NCBI GenBank assembly: GCA_964106915.2
Contig: OZ066923.1
DNA length: 64,000 nucleotides
Reading direction: 5' to 3' (one strand)
Source: Podarcis gaigeae
Lineage: Eukaryota
Below, one piece after another: positions 36,561-48,803 of this stretch; position 1 is the stretch's first letter; the number at the start of each line of letters is the position of its first letter. The notes below the pieces were generated by a model that saw nothing but the letters and a program-made list of their open reading frames with translations, was not told where the DNA came from and searched no databases. The position numbers were made by a program, and so were the translations under genes.

Positions 36561-39500
36561 TTGTTTCCTATCTTGGCATTTTAATTTAATCTCTTGTCGT
36601 GCTTGCATAGGATCAGTTTAAATTATTTTTAGTCCTAGTGGACTTTTGTAAAGGATGGGAGCACTTGAGGTAGGGGAGAGCTTGATAAAAGTTTTGGATG
36701 GAAGAAGAGGATAATTGGGTATAAATGTTTGAGGAGCCCAGACCATACATTAATGTATCACTTTTAACACCTTTAAAAATGGGCCATAACGTGGAAATCA
36801 TGCAAGGGTCCAATTATTCCTAAATATGAGGAAAACATGCAGAACGACCAACAGACATGCAGAACAACCAACAAACGAGCTGTGAATAAATCCAGCGGAT
36901 CAATGTTTACATGGTTTCCTGATGAACGAGGAGCTAGCAAACCATTAAAACAAGAAAAAATAAAAATACACCTCATTTCCAACTTGACGGATGCCCAGCT
37001 CAATTGGTATTTACTAGGATCAATGTCACACAGCCCTTAGGAGCAGGTTAACCACTCAACAGAAAGGTTGATTGCCTTTTGCTTTTCTTCAAACACAAGA
37101 TTCTCTTAGAGTTCAGTGAGATGGGATCCAGCAAAAGGTATGTATGTGTATGTTTTTCTTTCCCAACGATAGCAGGTGTTCTGGTGCTGGCCTGATGACA
37201 CTAAGGCAGACATCTTGGGCACTTTGCTTGGAGGTGAGCAGGACTTCCAAGTAAATGTGTGTAGAATTGGACCGAAAGTCTGAATTTATAAACTTGTAAA
37301 TAGAGCTTGTATTCTGCAAGTTTATATCCTTTTCCTGGCTGCTGATGAAAATGGCCCTTCCCCCAATCCATGGCTGGTTTCAGTACCTGTCTCATCCATC
37401 TGCGTCCATCCTATATGGCTTGGCACACTGCTAAAGTATTTCCTATTGTGGGACATTCATGTTGTATGGTGTGCCTGCTAAATCTAAAAAATGTCCCATT
37501 TTAGGGCTAGTAATCTTGGATTACCTCCATACCAAATTGTAACTTTATGACTTTTAGATGAGGGATGGGGGTGAATCTGTCTCCAGATGTTGTACTACCA
37601 CTGATAATGCTTGTACATGATGATAGGAGTTATATCATCTGGAGGACCAGAGGTTCTGTTCCTGTTTCAGATGTACCCTAACAATATTGATCATAACACT
37701 GGGAAGTCCAAGGTTGTTTACATTAGGAAATCTATTAGCTTGGATTCTGTAAGCAATAGGCATAGTCCCAGCTACTGAAATTATCCACCCTCTCCAAAAA
37801 ATTTTAAAAATTAAACGCTGAAAGGTGGTCTGAACTCCCACAGCTAATCATTTGCTATCGTGTAACTTGCTTTCCTCAACTTTGAGTTCTTGCCTCTGAG
37901 GTAAACTAAATGACCTGCTTCAAGTGAGATTTCTAGTAATCTGGGTTTCTTGGACCCAGTGTATACCACACTTCAGTTTCTAAGTGGTGGAGAATGTGTC
38001 TCCCTCCATACGTCGCTGGACTAAAGTGATTATTGGTCATGCTGGCTGTGGCTGAAGGGGGAAATGCAGTCTAGCAACATCTGAAGGGCCACATGTTCCT
38101 GAACCCATTCTAAGTTTTGAGGAAATGCCATAGCCATCTGTAGAGATGATTCACTTCAGCTTCTTGGCTGAGAGCTATTGTTCACTTAAGCACTACATGA
38201 ATGCCAATTATCCATGGCCAAGCTACGCTGGAAAGCAAGTTCCTAAGCACCTGTAGAAGCTGAATTATGACATGAGCCTGAAAGAGCTACATTTTCATGA
38301 TCTCTCACACAACTTTTCATTAGCTTTAAAATGCCTACACAGCCTGGTCCTTTTCAGTAGTGTATTATTTCTATAAAGTTCTACTGATTTTAATTGTAGG
38401 CAACAGTGAGTGCCACTCTTTCCTAAGCAATTAATAAATTAATTTCACTTTACCTGAAGGTCATAGTAAAATTGGGCTAGAGCGTTACGAACTTTTCATA
38501 TAGGGAATGAACACTGTCACATACTTGAGCCTTTTGGCCTTCATAGGTCCAGCTTCCTATGTGCTTCTTGTCTTCTTGTGCTTCTTGTGTAGTTATTATC
38601 AATTTTTTTTTAAAAAAAAAATTAAATAACGTTGGCATTTGTCTTGGCAATCCTTTTTTAATTTGTGCATGGGTTTTAGTTGCTAAGTAGGTCAGCTGCT
38701 AGGGAGAAAAGGTGCTTTCCTGATAACACTGAAGACAGCTGCTTTATGTAAACAGTTTGCATCTTCGGTGAGCCAATGCTTGCTCTGAAACCTTACTTAC
38801 TTGAAACAGCTTGAAAGATTGCAAATATGTGGTTGCACTTAAGCAGAACACATAACCCCTTTTGGAAAAAAAGTAGTAATTGAAAGTACATTGACAGTGG
38901 TTTCCTGTGACTGAAATACTATTTTGTTTTGCAGCTTCCTTTTTTTGCGCATGAAAGACTTGCAGATGCAGCTCTGCTTGATCTAGCATGCTTATGCTTT
39001 TCTCTTTGCTTTTTAACCAAGCTTTGGAACCTGAAACATTTGGTTGCCTTCATGATGTCAGTTCTGGCAGTCATGGAAGCAATAGAAGTCTCGTCTTTTG
39101 TCAGGTTGGCTGCTTGTACACAGTGGCTGCTACACCTGCTGCAGGAGGCTTATTTGTGATACTGAATTTGGAGCAGGCCCTGTGTGATGGCTAACATTTT
39201 GAATCCTTTTAAGGCTTGGGTGACTTTGTTCATGACCCTTGTTAAGAGCTTTTGCATAACTTGTAGAGCTGACCCTCACGTTGTCTCTCACAACTTGAGT
39301 AAATATTCCTCTTGACTACAGATCTTACTAGCAGCATTTTAAAAAACCAGTAACAAGGCATTTGCGTTTAAAACAAACAGCTTTTGAGATTGTCAAACTA
39401 TGTGGTGTATAGTTGCACAGAACCTAGTCAACCACAGGAAAAGCTCATCTGTTATGCTGAAGAGTAGTGCCATCACTATAAAATTGACTTTTGGACCAAA

Positions 39501-42500
39501 CATTAGCAGAATAGTATAATTCTAACCTGCAAAGTTTGTTGCAGTGCAGTCTTAAACTGATCATTCTCACAGGAACACTGAGAGGTAGACTGCTGTTAAT
39601 TTTTCTCCGATGCAGAAATTCATTCTGAGAGGAAGCTTATTAACACAAGGTGACCCAGCCACTTCAGAGATGAGGAAAAGTGTGAAATGAAGTTGTGCAG
39701 GGATAGGTAGCATGGAGCCCTCCAGGTGTTGTTAGGCTACAAATCCCATAAGCCACAGCTGGCATAAGTTTTATTTAGCCAGATGACTGTATATGTATAA
39801 ATCTTTATATGAGTACAATAGTTCTAAAGGAAAAGTCATACTTTACTTCTAGGTGATGGGAGCAGGCCTAGCCTTAGAGGTACCGATTTTCTCACATAGG
39901 AGAGTGTTCTAAGGTGACACCAACTGTAGTTTTTATATATCTGCTTATAGTAAAAAATAAATATGTGGCTGATAAATTGGACCTTGTTATCAAATAAAAA
40001 CCCTTTGATCAATTGGCTAATCAAACATGGCAGTCCTAATAACAATCTGTGTTCATAATTCAGTGACTATCTACCCCCTACTTCTTGTTTGACTTCAGTT
40101 TAAGGGTGCAATCCTATACACACTTAAGCTGGGAGTGAGTTTCATCATATTCTGTGCAGACATGTACAGGATTGAACTGCACATGTTTTTGGCAGAATAA
40201 ATAAAGCATCCTGTTATGCTTTTGAGGCCATTGCTGCTCGAGCTCAGTCTAGGTGAGACAGTTGCTTGTTTTGCTGCCTCATAAACATAAGAGACAATAT
40301 TTGTTTTTTTAAAGACTTATTCAGTCAATGGATCAGTATTTAGTTTCTAAATGGTAGCCTTTAAAGCAGAATTGGGCGTCTTCCATATGTTGTTAGAACC
40401 CAACGATATAGATAGCGAGATATCAAATTTTATTGTTTTTCAATATCAATAAAAATTCCACAGGTAAAGAAAAAGAATAAAACCCAATTATCTGCTTCAT
40501 CCAGCATGTGCAATGTACAGAAAAGATAAGTTTTGTAGGGCCACAAGTTATCCACTTGCCTTAAAGCATTAGAACGCTTATCCTACCTAGCATCTGTTTG
40601 GAAAATGATATTAAATATGTCTTTGTGAGGTAGCAGTGGATATTAAGACCACAGAATGTTAGATGACACAGTCTTACCAGGCTTTGTGCATGGCTAGAGG
40701 ACAAATTATGACACTTCTGAAATGTCCATTATGAAGGGAGGTGACCTTCCTTAGCCACTCTCAGCTAAAAGCTGTGGTTAGGGTTTTTTCCACTGCTAAA
40801 ACTTCAGTAATAGCCTATCCTTTCTCATAAACACAGGTAACTGCCAGAAACAAGTCAGTTTTAGCATCTGTGTGTTTGGATGTGTAATACATCTCCTGCC
40901 AACTGAGACTTCCAGGCAGTTGAGGTAACTAAGAGGCCTGCTGTTTCTGATGCCAGTGCTCAAAATGGTGACTCACCTCTTCAAACGAGAGTTGGGCTTA
41001 GAAATGGTTTGAAAGCAAAAGGCATTTTTTTGAGTTTCGTTTACAAAACACTTGTTTTAGTTTATCAGCCTTTGAAATACCTGGCCCACTTTTATGTTTT
41101 CTTTTGATCCAAGCCCTAAATTTTAGGGTTCTAGTGAAAGTCTCTTTCTCTGTTCACCTCAGCCTACACTGATTTTGGTCTTGAGGGAGTTTTTCTTCCT
41201 TTCCCCTCCACTTTATGGCCAAACAGCTTGCCACACATTTCCAGGCAGAAAATGAGGCTCAACGCATGCTGAAGGACAAGAAGTCACTGTAAGTGATTGA
41301 GAATTCATTTGATAGCGTGGAATATGTATCTTGATTTGTAATCTCTGGAAACTGATCCAGCAGTTGCTCTTTATCCGGGCTGAATTAATCCTGAATAATA
41401 AGCATTTAGAGCTTTTATAAATGCCCTCTAGACAGCACACAAAATAATATTTTATCTTAATAATACCTCTCAAATCTGTGGTGTGTGAACTATTATTCCT
41501 TTTTTATGTATTTTATACAGAAGTCACTGGGAGATTAGCTCCTCCATATTCATGCAATTGTGAATGTGAATCCTGAGGAACGAAGTTACCGTGTAGTGAC
41601 TAGTTCATTTCAAAAAATAGTTGTTGGCCTTTCTGGACGCAGCAGGAACAACTGTACATTGACCATTTCCCCAGGTCTGCAGTCCACCGTTGTTTGTTTG
41701 CTTTGTAGGACTTTTGTTCACTCCTCATCACTGTAGTTCATAGTTGCAGGTTCTTTGGCGTATAAAACATGGCCTCTAACGAACTGGCAATGTTATCGAT
41801 GTGGCATGAATAACTTACCAGGACTATAAGAGTTGGTAATGAGGAATTAATAGGAACTCTATGAAGAAAGTACAGTGTTTCCTGACGGCTAATTGTGACT
41901 TTTCCACTTCCACAAATGTGATGCTGCATAAAAACATCAAGGCAGAAGGGCAAGACTTGCAAAATCAATGAAATGGACAAGCATACAACTGGGTTCTAGG
42001 TGAATTCTCTCTTTGCCACGGTTTCTTGAAACTAATCAAATTTCCACTTTGTGTCACTCTCATAGGAAGCTAGGGAAAAGTCTAAAGCATGTTAAGTGCA
42101 TTGTTAAGAGTTTGTGATTTACAAAAATAGATTGTAGGGATAAATAGCCAGACCAAAAGCAATAAGATATTGCTATTTATTAATGTTTAAACTTGTGACA
42201 GAAGGTTTTTTTTTTTTGTTTGTTTGTTATACCTACATTCCAGGGTGGTAGCAAGGTTGTGTGAGAAGCAGGATATTAAACTAGCAGCTTTAAAATATTA
42301 TTTATTTTATGAATCGATTCCTGTAAAAGATCCCAAAGCGATTTGACAATTGAAATGTCAACAATAAAAACACACATAAAAACAATTTAAAGTCCAATAC
42401 AGATACAAATATCGGATTTATACCCTAATTAGTAATGTAGCAACCACACTGTATACACAGGATCTGGGGGCGCTTGGGTGCAAGGTGACTTTCACAGCCA

Positions 42501-42683
42501 ATAAGGTCAGATACTGTTTAGCTTTGTTAGTTACGGAAACAGAGAGCAAGCTGCAGCTGCACACATATAAACAGTTACCCATTGCTAGACCTCTGTTCAG
42601 GCAGACCCATCTGTTCAAAACATACAGTTGAAAAATGTCTGCATGGAATGCTCTTAAATTTAGAACAAAGCTAATTTGCCTTT

Positions 42684-43040
42684 AGAGACGCGGGTGGCGC
42701 TGTGGATTAAACCACAGAGCCTAGGACTTGCTGATCAGAAGGTCGGCGGTTCGAATCCCCACGACGGGGTGAGCTCCCGTTGCTCGGTCCCTGCTCCTGC
42801 CAACCTAGCAGTTTGAAAGCACGTCAAAGTGCAAGTAGATAAACAGGTACCACTCTGGCGGGAAGGTAAACGGCATTTCCGTGCGCTGCTCTGGTTCGCC
42901 AGAAGCGGCTTAGTTATGCTAGCCACATGACCCAGAAGCTATACGCCGGTTCCTTCGGCCAATAAAGTGAGATGAGCGCCGCAACCCCAGAGTCAGTCAC
43001 GACTGGACCTAATGGTCAGGGGTCCCTTTACCTTTACCTT
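42684..43040 (+). mobile_element. Full-length Sauria/Squam1 SINE with 12-bp TSD
   Basis: tRNA-like head (GGTGGCGCTGTGG, B box GGTTCGAATCC) and (ACCTTT)n tail. TSD TAATTTGCCTTT at 42672-42683 and 43041-43052. Confidence 0.93.
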
Positions 43041-44902
43041 TAATTTGCCTTTGGATTGTGCCCATTGTATCTTAACAGATTTTAGTTCCAATGCTACTAT
43101 CTTCCTCAGGCCCAGCCCACCCATAAGGCCTCAGGCGGCAGGATCCACATGGGCAGCAGATCTTGATATAGAGCTTTATTCAAGGCCGGCCCCCCAATGA
43201 GGCAAGGTGAGGTGACTGCCTCACGTGACAGGATTCATCGGGACAGCAGATCCCAATGTCAATCTTCCCCCTCCCCTTGTTCCTGATGTAGCTCTTCCCT
43301 GGTGGGGAGGGGGTGTTATTATGAATGGTTTCAAATGGTTTGTGTCTAGTGGGCACAGTGCCAAGAACTGTCTGAGGCATGCTCTATTGCTGGTAAAGCA
43401 AATCAGCTATGTCGTATCTGGCTTCTCATATCATTGGTCAAATATAGTATCTAGACAAGGAAGATGTCGAAGTTTTAAGCAACTTATTTCAATGCAGTAG
43501 CTTCTTGGGTTCTTGTTAATCATGGCTCTCTTTTGGGTGCATGGATGTCTTTAAATATAATTGTCCTCTTCCTGTGGAACTCTGAATGCAAGTAAGAATA
43601 GTGCATCTGTGACATTATACCACTTCCCATGCATTAGATTTTTGACTTTGCAAAATCAGCAAGACATATGAGTTTAGGTACAGTGTATGCGCAACCATCA
43701 CACATGCATTAGGTATTCATTGCCAGTGTTTGAATTAGGCCTCAGCAAGTGAACAGCAGGGCATTTTATAAAAGGTGAACTTCAGCAGCAGTATAAGATT
43801 GGGGCATTGTGTGTGCTTGTTCTAGTAATCATCCACTTGACCTCTAATCCTTCAACTTGTTTGTGTACCCTTTTACAGGTATTTGGCTTTCTGTTTGGCG
43901 CATGGCCTTTCTTAACACTTTTTCCTCTCAAATGTCAGCATTTGACCTGTCGTCTCAGCTTGTTTGACGTAAACTAGAATCTGGATTGTTTTATTCTTAT
44001 GATGCTTTGTTTTCATTCTTATAATATTGAATCAAAGCAATTATTTATACTGTACTTACTATAGATAATACTTTACGTTCATCCAATTCATCCTGGGAAA
44101 TAGGCAACTGTTATTTCCCAGTTTGCATAATGGCAACAGAACAGAATATGATTCAGTGTGAGTTTGTGGCTCAGCAGAGGTTTGGACTCTGATGTATTTA
44201 CAACTTCTATCACAATCCTTTACAGGTTCTTGACAAGTTGGTAATAAAATTGGTATTTGTACTACATTGTATTTTAACTTGGTTTGCATTTGGCCATTCT
44301 GCCTGGTCATGGAAATAGTTTTACCACAAACTCAGATAATTAAATATGTTTGTTAAAATGCTTTTATTCTGTCTTCCCACCCATAACAGAAAGTTTAAGG
44401 TAGCTAACAACAAATCAGTAATAAAGTACTTCAAGATAAGAATACAAAATAGCAGTGCCAAGCAATAAAAACAAACAATCATAAAGTGATAGCTCATAGG
44501 ACAATTCAGTTGCCATGTAACTCGAATTCATGCTGCAATGGCAGTATTTTAGTCAGGCATCTGAAGATGGGCAGGGGTTAAGGAGTTCCTGGGTTAAGGA
44601 GTTCCACAGCTTGGCTCTACCACCAAGAAGGCCCTGCCAAACATACCAGTTCAACACCCCTCAGTTCACAAAGGGGGATACAGAGCAGGAACTCAGTTCA
44701 AGGGAAATGGAAGGTTCCTTTGCAAGGAGTCACTTCTTAAGATACTGTGCATGGCACTTTAAAGAGTATAAAATCCCAGGTTCCTGCCCCGAGGACCTTA
44801 CAGTCTATAATTTGAGATAGGAAACCACAGAGGCACAGGATGGAAGCTGAAGGGGGATCAATAGGTGAGAAAAAAAATTAAGTTTACTTTATTAGTATCG
44901 TT

Positions 44903-45037
44903 CAGGCATCCCCAACCTGCAGCCCTCCAAATGTTTTGGCCTACAACTCCCATGATCCCTAGTTAACAGGACCAGTGGTAGGGATGATGGGAATTGTATT
45001 TCAAAACATCTGGAGGGCCGAAGGTTGGGGATGCCTG
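44903..45037. mobile_element. ~135-bp hAT-type MITE
   Basis: Perfect TIR CAGGCATCCCCAACCT / AGGTTGGGGATGCCTG. 8-bp TSD GTATCGTT / GTATAGTT. Confidence 0.88.
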
Positions 45038-45045
45038 GTATAGTT

Positions 45046-45250
45046 GTATCACACATTTCTACAAGAAGCTTAAGGTGGCATTCATGTTTCTCTCCCTATT
45101 TCATCCTTACAACCACCTTTTTAAGGCAGGTTGGACTGAGAGATGGTGATTGGCTCAAAGTTACTCAGTGAGCTTCATGGCTGAGTGAGTATTTGATCCC
45201 TGGTGTCCCAGTTCCTAGTCCAATATTCTAGCACTGCACCATATTGGCTT
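45046..45250 (-). mobile_element. Older MIR/Squam3-like SINE
   Basis: CATCCTTACAACCACC..AGGCAGGTTGGACTGAGAG..CAAAGTTACTCAGTGAGCTTCATGGCTGAG core. Sister copies at ~25695-25897(-) and ~18243-18380(+). Confidence 0.7.
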
Positions 45251-45309
45251 TAAGTTAAATATACATAGACTAGACTTGGTAGCAGGGGCTGGGAAAATAC
45301 TATTGCAAT

Positions 45310-45870
45310 GTGTTCCATGTCTATGGGGCTGTATTTAAAGTGTTTGGAAGCTTTAACTGAAGCAGAAATATCACCACCAGATTGCTGATAGGAATTGATT
45401 GACCGATACCAGACTAATACGCCTCAGTCAATCTGCAGTGGTTCCCCGCTCAGTTTAAGGTGCTAGGTCTTACCTTTAAATATCTAATCGCCTTGGGTAC
45501 CTTAAGGATGCCCTCCTCTGTGCTCTCTAGGTACAAAATCTGAGATCCTTCTCCATGTGCTTCCACAGTCTGTGGCCAATGTTGTCTTGCAGTGGCAAGC
45601 AGCCTTAAGGATTCACATTTACAGGGAGGCCCACTAGCCCCAACTTCAGGTGTTTTCATGAGTCAGGCAGCAACCTGTCTTTAAGGAGGCTCTTTTGGAT
45701 TCAGCTAATCTTTATATTTCCTGGTTTTCTGTTGATTGAAATAGTGGCTAGTCCCCCTTGTATTATTGATTACTGCTGCTTTAGTCTGCTAGCTGCTGCC
45801 AGTTTATTTCTTTGTTGTTTGATATTTGCTGTTGCTATGATTTGTTACAAGCTGCCTTGAGAGAGCGAGA
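45310..45870 (+). mobile_element. Degraded L2-type LINE 3' fragment
   Basis: LQWFP...QFKVLGLTFKYL...LG.YLKD resembles the L2 motif LHWLP..FKVLVLTFKAL, followed by a T-rich 3' UTR. Similar relics at ~5250-5650(+), ~29270-29450(-), ~44340-44820(-), ~55390-55840(-). Confidence 0.65.
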
Positions 45871-47082
45871 ATGTGTTTTAGTAGTTCTGTCTAAGGAACA
45901 GGCAACATGTAAGTTTAGAAACAGACAGAACAATTCAGAAATGGAAAGCATCAAGGGCACAGAGGCTTTGTTATGGTACTGACATAGGCAGATGGGCTCA
46001 AGAAAGCACTAGCCATTGAGGTGCTTCACAGTCCAAGTTAGTGCTGTGCCAAAGTCTGTCTTCCAGTTTCTCAAAAGTGTTCTTCCTCTGCTGGAGAGGC
46101 GTTTCTTTTTCTGCCTCATACTCATAGTGTTTGAGAATCTTTTTACAGTTTCTGTCATTGCAGGGTTGTGAGCTTACTAGGATGGTTACATGGTGCCCAA
46201 AAGCAATGCGTGCATTTTTCTTCCCAGTAAACATTTCTCCAGCAATCTCTAGCCCCCCTGACTGCTCACTCTTCCTCATCTAAAAAGGCCCCATAAATTT
46301 TCAGTACAGTAGCACTAGTCCAAGTAGCCACAGAGATTGATCTGATTTGTAAGAGGAGGTTCAGGAACTACAGACCAAGGTGGTGCAAACTTGGGGGTTT
46401 CTCTCTAATTCTGTGAAAGCTAATCACAAATACTGCTGGCTCTCAGGTATTTATGGGTCTCAAGTGCCTAAACTGGAAATTGAGAGTTGTATCCAATATT
46501 TGTCCTAGCCAGAGTAGACCCGTTCAAATTAACGGACCTAAAAGGGTTGTGTCCATTATTTTCAATGGGTCTACTGTGCTGGGACAAGCATTGGACACAA
46601 CCTTGAGATATGGAAGAATCAGTGTCACTGTCCATGGATCCATGGTCTCAAACGTTTTTTTCAAGGATACTACACTATGATTATTTTCTTCAAAAGAGTC
46701 CCTTATTACAGATGTATGCCTTCAAATTCTTTTTATCTACACAGGTCTTTCAGGAATATTTTAGAAGGCTTGTCAGTCTTCGTAATATGTTTGTGGAACT
46801 CTTCCTACAGCTTAATCTTTTTTTATTTTTTATTAAAGGCAACAGTCATCCCAGATGTCAGTTGGTGCCTGGAATTTAATAGGTGTTAATGAAAACAAAT
46901 GCTTATGAAAGTCCAACTAGAGTCTGCTCCCTCACATCATTAACTGTCTCTCCCTTGTAATGCAGCTGTTTCCTCAGCTCCCTTCGGAGGTAAACATTCT
47001 ATTTAAAAGGGGAAGGGTGCAATTCACATTTGATCTTTGTGGAGGAGGAAAAACAGTAAGTGCTCTGGGGAAATTTCAAGGA

Positions 47083-47083
<1 letters not shown>

Positions 47084-47130
<47 letters not shown>
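47084..47130. repeat. (TTA)n microsatellite
   Basis: Read directly from the sequence. Confidence 0.97.
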
Positions 47131-47132
<2 letters not shown>

Positions 47133-47229
47133 AAACTAAACCTCAAAGACAACTATCAAAATGTTTCTGTTTTAAAAAGATAAAGTAAAAATACAGTTGC
47201 ATAATATGGCTAATATTTGTTACCTTTAT

Positions 47230-47550
47230 GTTGTTGTTTAGTCGTTTAGTCATGTCCGACTCTTCATGACCCCATGGACCAGAGCACGCCAGGCACTCCT
47301 GTCTTCCACTGCCTCCCGCAGTTTGGTCAAACTCATGTTGGTAGCTTTGAGAACACTATCCAACCATCTCGTCCTCTGTCATCCCCTTCTCCTTGTGCCT
47401 TCCATCTTTCCCAGCATCAGGGTCTTTTCCTGGGAGTCTTCTCTTCTCATGAGGTGGCCAAAGTATTGGAGCCTCAGTTTCAGGATCTGTCCTTCCAGTG
47501 AGCACTCAGGGCTGATTTCCTTAAGAATGGAGAGGTTTGATCTTCTTGCA
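47230..47550 (-). mobile_element. 5'-truncated BovB (RTE) LINE, 3' end
   Basis: Minus-strand peptide ARRSNLSILKEISPECSLEGQILKLRLQYFGHLMRREDSQEKTLMLGKMEGTRRRG is the BovB ORF C-terminus. (CAA)n tail. Perfect 11-bp TSD GTTACCTTTAT at 47219-47229 and 47551-47561. Confidence 0.93.
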
Positions 47551-48670
47551 GTTACCTTTATACTCGCCACTTTTTGTTTAGCAATGTCCTCTGCCTTTAT
47601 TTACCCCTGTTTCTTGGGATGGGTTCTGCTGGTATCACAGTTGTTCAGCAAAGCTGTCCCTTTTCCCAATATACATTCAGTAATTTCAAGGCTGGCCTCG
47701 ACAAATAGCAGTATGGGCAGCTGCCTTGGGTTTCAGAATTCAAGTGACACAGGGCTACTCTGCAAAGTTCTCCCTCGCCTTAAAAACTCAGAAACTTGGA
47801 TTAAGCCACAATATTCCCCTCCCTCAAAGGACAATTAGCAGACAGTTTTTGTATGTTTCATATGTCACATTTAGAAATAATTATTACAATTTAAATAGAG
47901 CTACAGTATATATAGTTAATGGGCAAGTTCAAGGTCCTAGCTGCTCTTTCTTACGGTTCTTTAAGTTGGCTTTAAGTTGGCCAGCCATTTAAAATAAAAT
48001 AAAAGGGTAGCCAAACAAGTTCCACAGATGGAGGAGGAGGCCCACTAGATGTTATGTTTCCAAAAGCCCCCCCCCCAAAAAAAACCCTGGAGCCTGCCCT
48101 GAATATACGGTAAGTTTTCCCCACTGACCTTTATTTTACTTCTCCCCAAATGATGTCAGAGTACTAAACTGCAGCTTTCTGTGGGATCTGAAAAGCTGAG
48201 AAACACAAACATTTATAACTTCATGTTCCAGTTTAACCCGTGTAAACTGTGCTAAGCAACAGATTTTAGCTGTTCCCCACAGAGCTACCAATCTTGGCAG
48301 TCAATTCAGCCATCAGTAAATGAGTCATGGCAGTTGTACAAGGAAGGGGCTCCATCTTGGTGCCAGATTCTCTGTTTGGGGACTACAGGTGCAGGTAAGC
48401 ACTTATTCATTTATTATTTATTCAAAAAGCCCATCTGAAGGAAGGAAATGGAAGAAAGCTGTATGTTGTAAATATAGAGCATTACTGTTTCCAGCTTGGG
48501 CTGCTATTCAGTTCAAAACTTTCAAAACAGATGCTTAGAGTGCTACAAACTAATTAATAACTCAAGGGAAGTAGAGACGAGCATTTTTTTAAAATGAATA
48601 TACAATTCTATATAATAACACATATTGTGTACTCAATGCCATCATTTTAACAGATGCAATACAGATGCAA

Positions 48671-48766
48671 TTTTTTAATGAGTGACATTTTAATTTGTTT
48701 TTAATCTTTGTTGGAAGCCTCCCAGAGTGGTTGGGGAAACCCAGCCAGATGGGCGGGGTACAAATA

Positions 48767-48801
<35 letters not shown>
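48671..48801 (+). mobile_element. Extreme 3' end of a lacertid LINE (L2-like) with (AAT)n tail
   Basis: GGAAGCCTCCCAGAGTGGTTGGGGAAACCCAGCCAGATGGGCGGGGTACAAATAAATAATAAT. A second shorter copy lies at ~10941-11003. Confidence 0.7.

Positions 48802-48803
<2 letters not shown>

Larger units (their letters stand above)
35600..36585 (+). other. BTG1: BTG1 3' UTR up to the probable proximal poly(A) site
   Basis: AU-rich and repeat-free, resembles the conserved amniote BTG1 UTR (by recall). AATAAA at 36555-36560 is followed by U/GU-rich sequence. End is approximate. Confidence 0.75.

Noticed and set aside
36099-36621. ORFs containing long X runs
   Set aside because: Artefacts of the N gap.
38433-38438. 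AATAAA as a distal BTG1 poly(A) site
   Set aside because: The hexamer is common in this AT-rich DNA and has no clear downstream element. It would need 3'-end data.
42684-42770. tRNA-like sequences (also at 18689, 53740, 60889, 63180)
   Set aside because: These are SINE heads continuing into SINE bodies, not tRNA genes.
47266-47838. 190-aa + strand ORF
   Set aside because: Antisense reading of the BovB fragment running into flanking DNA.
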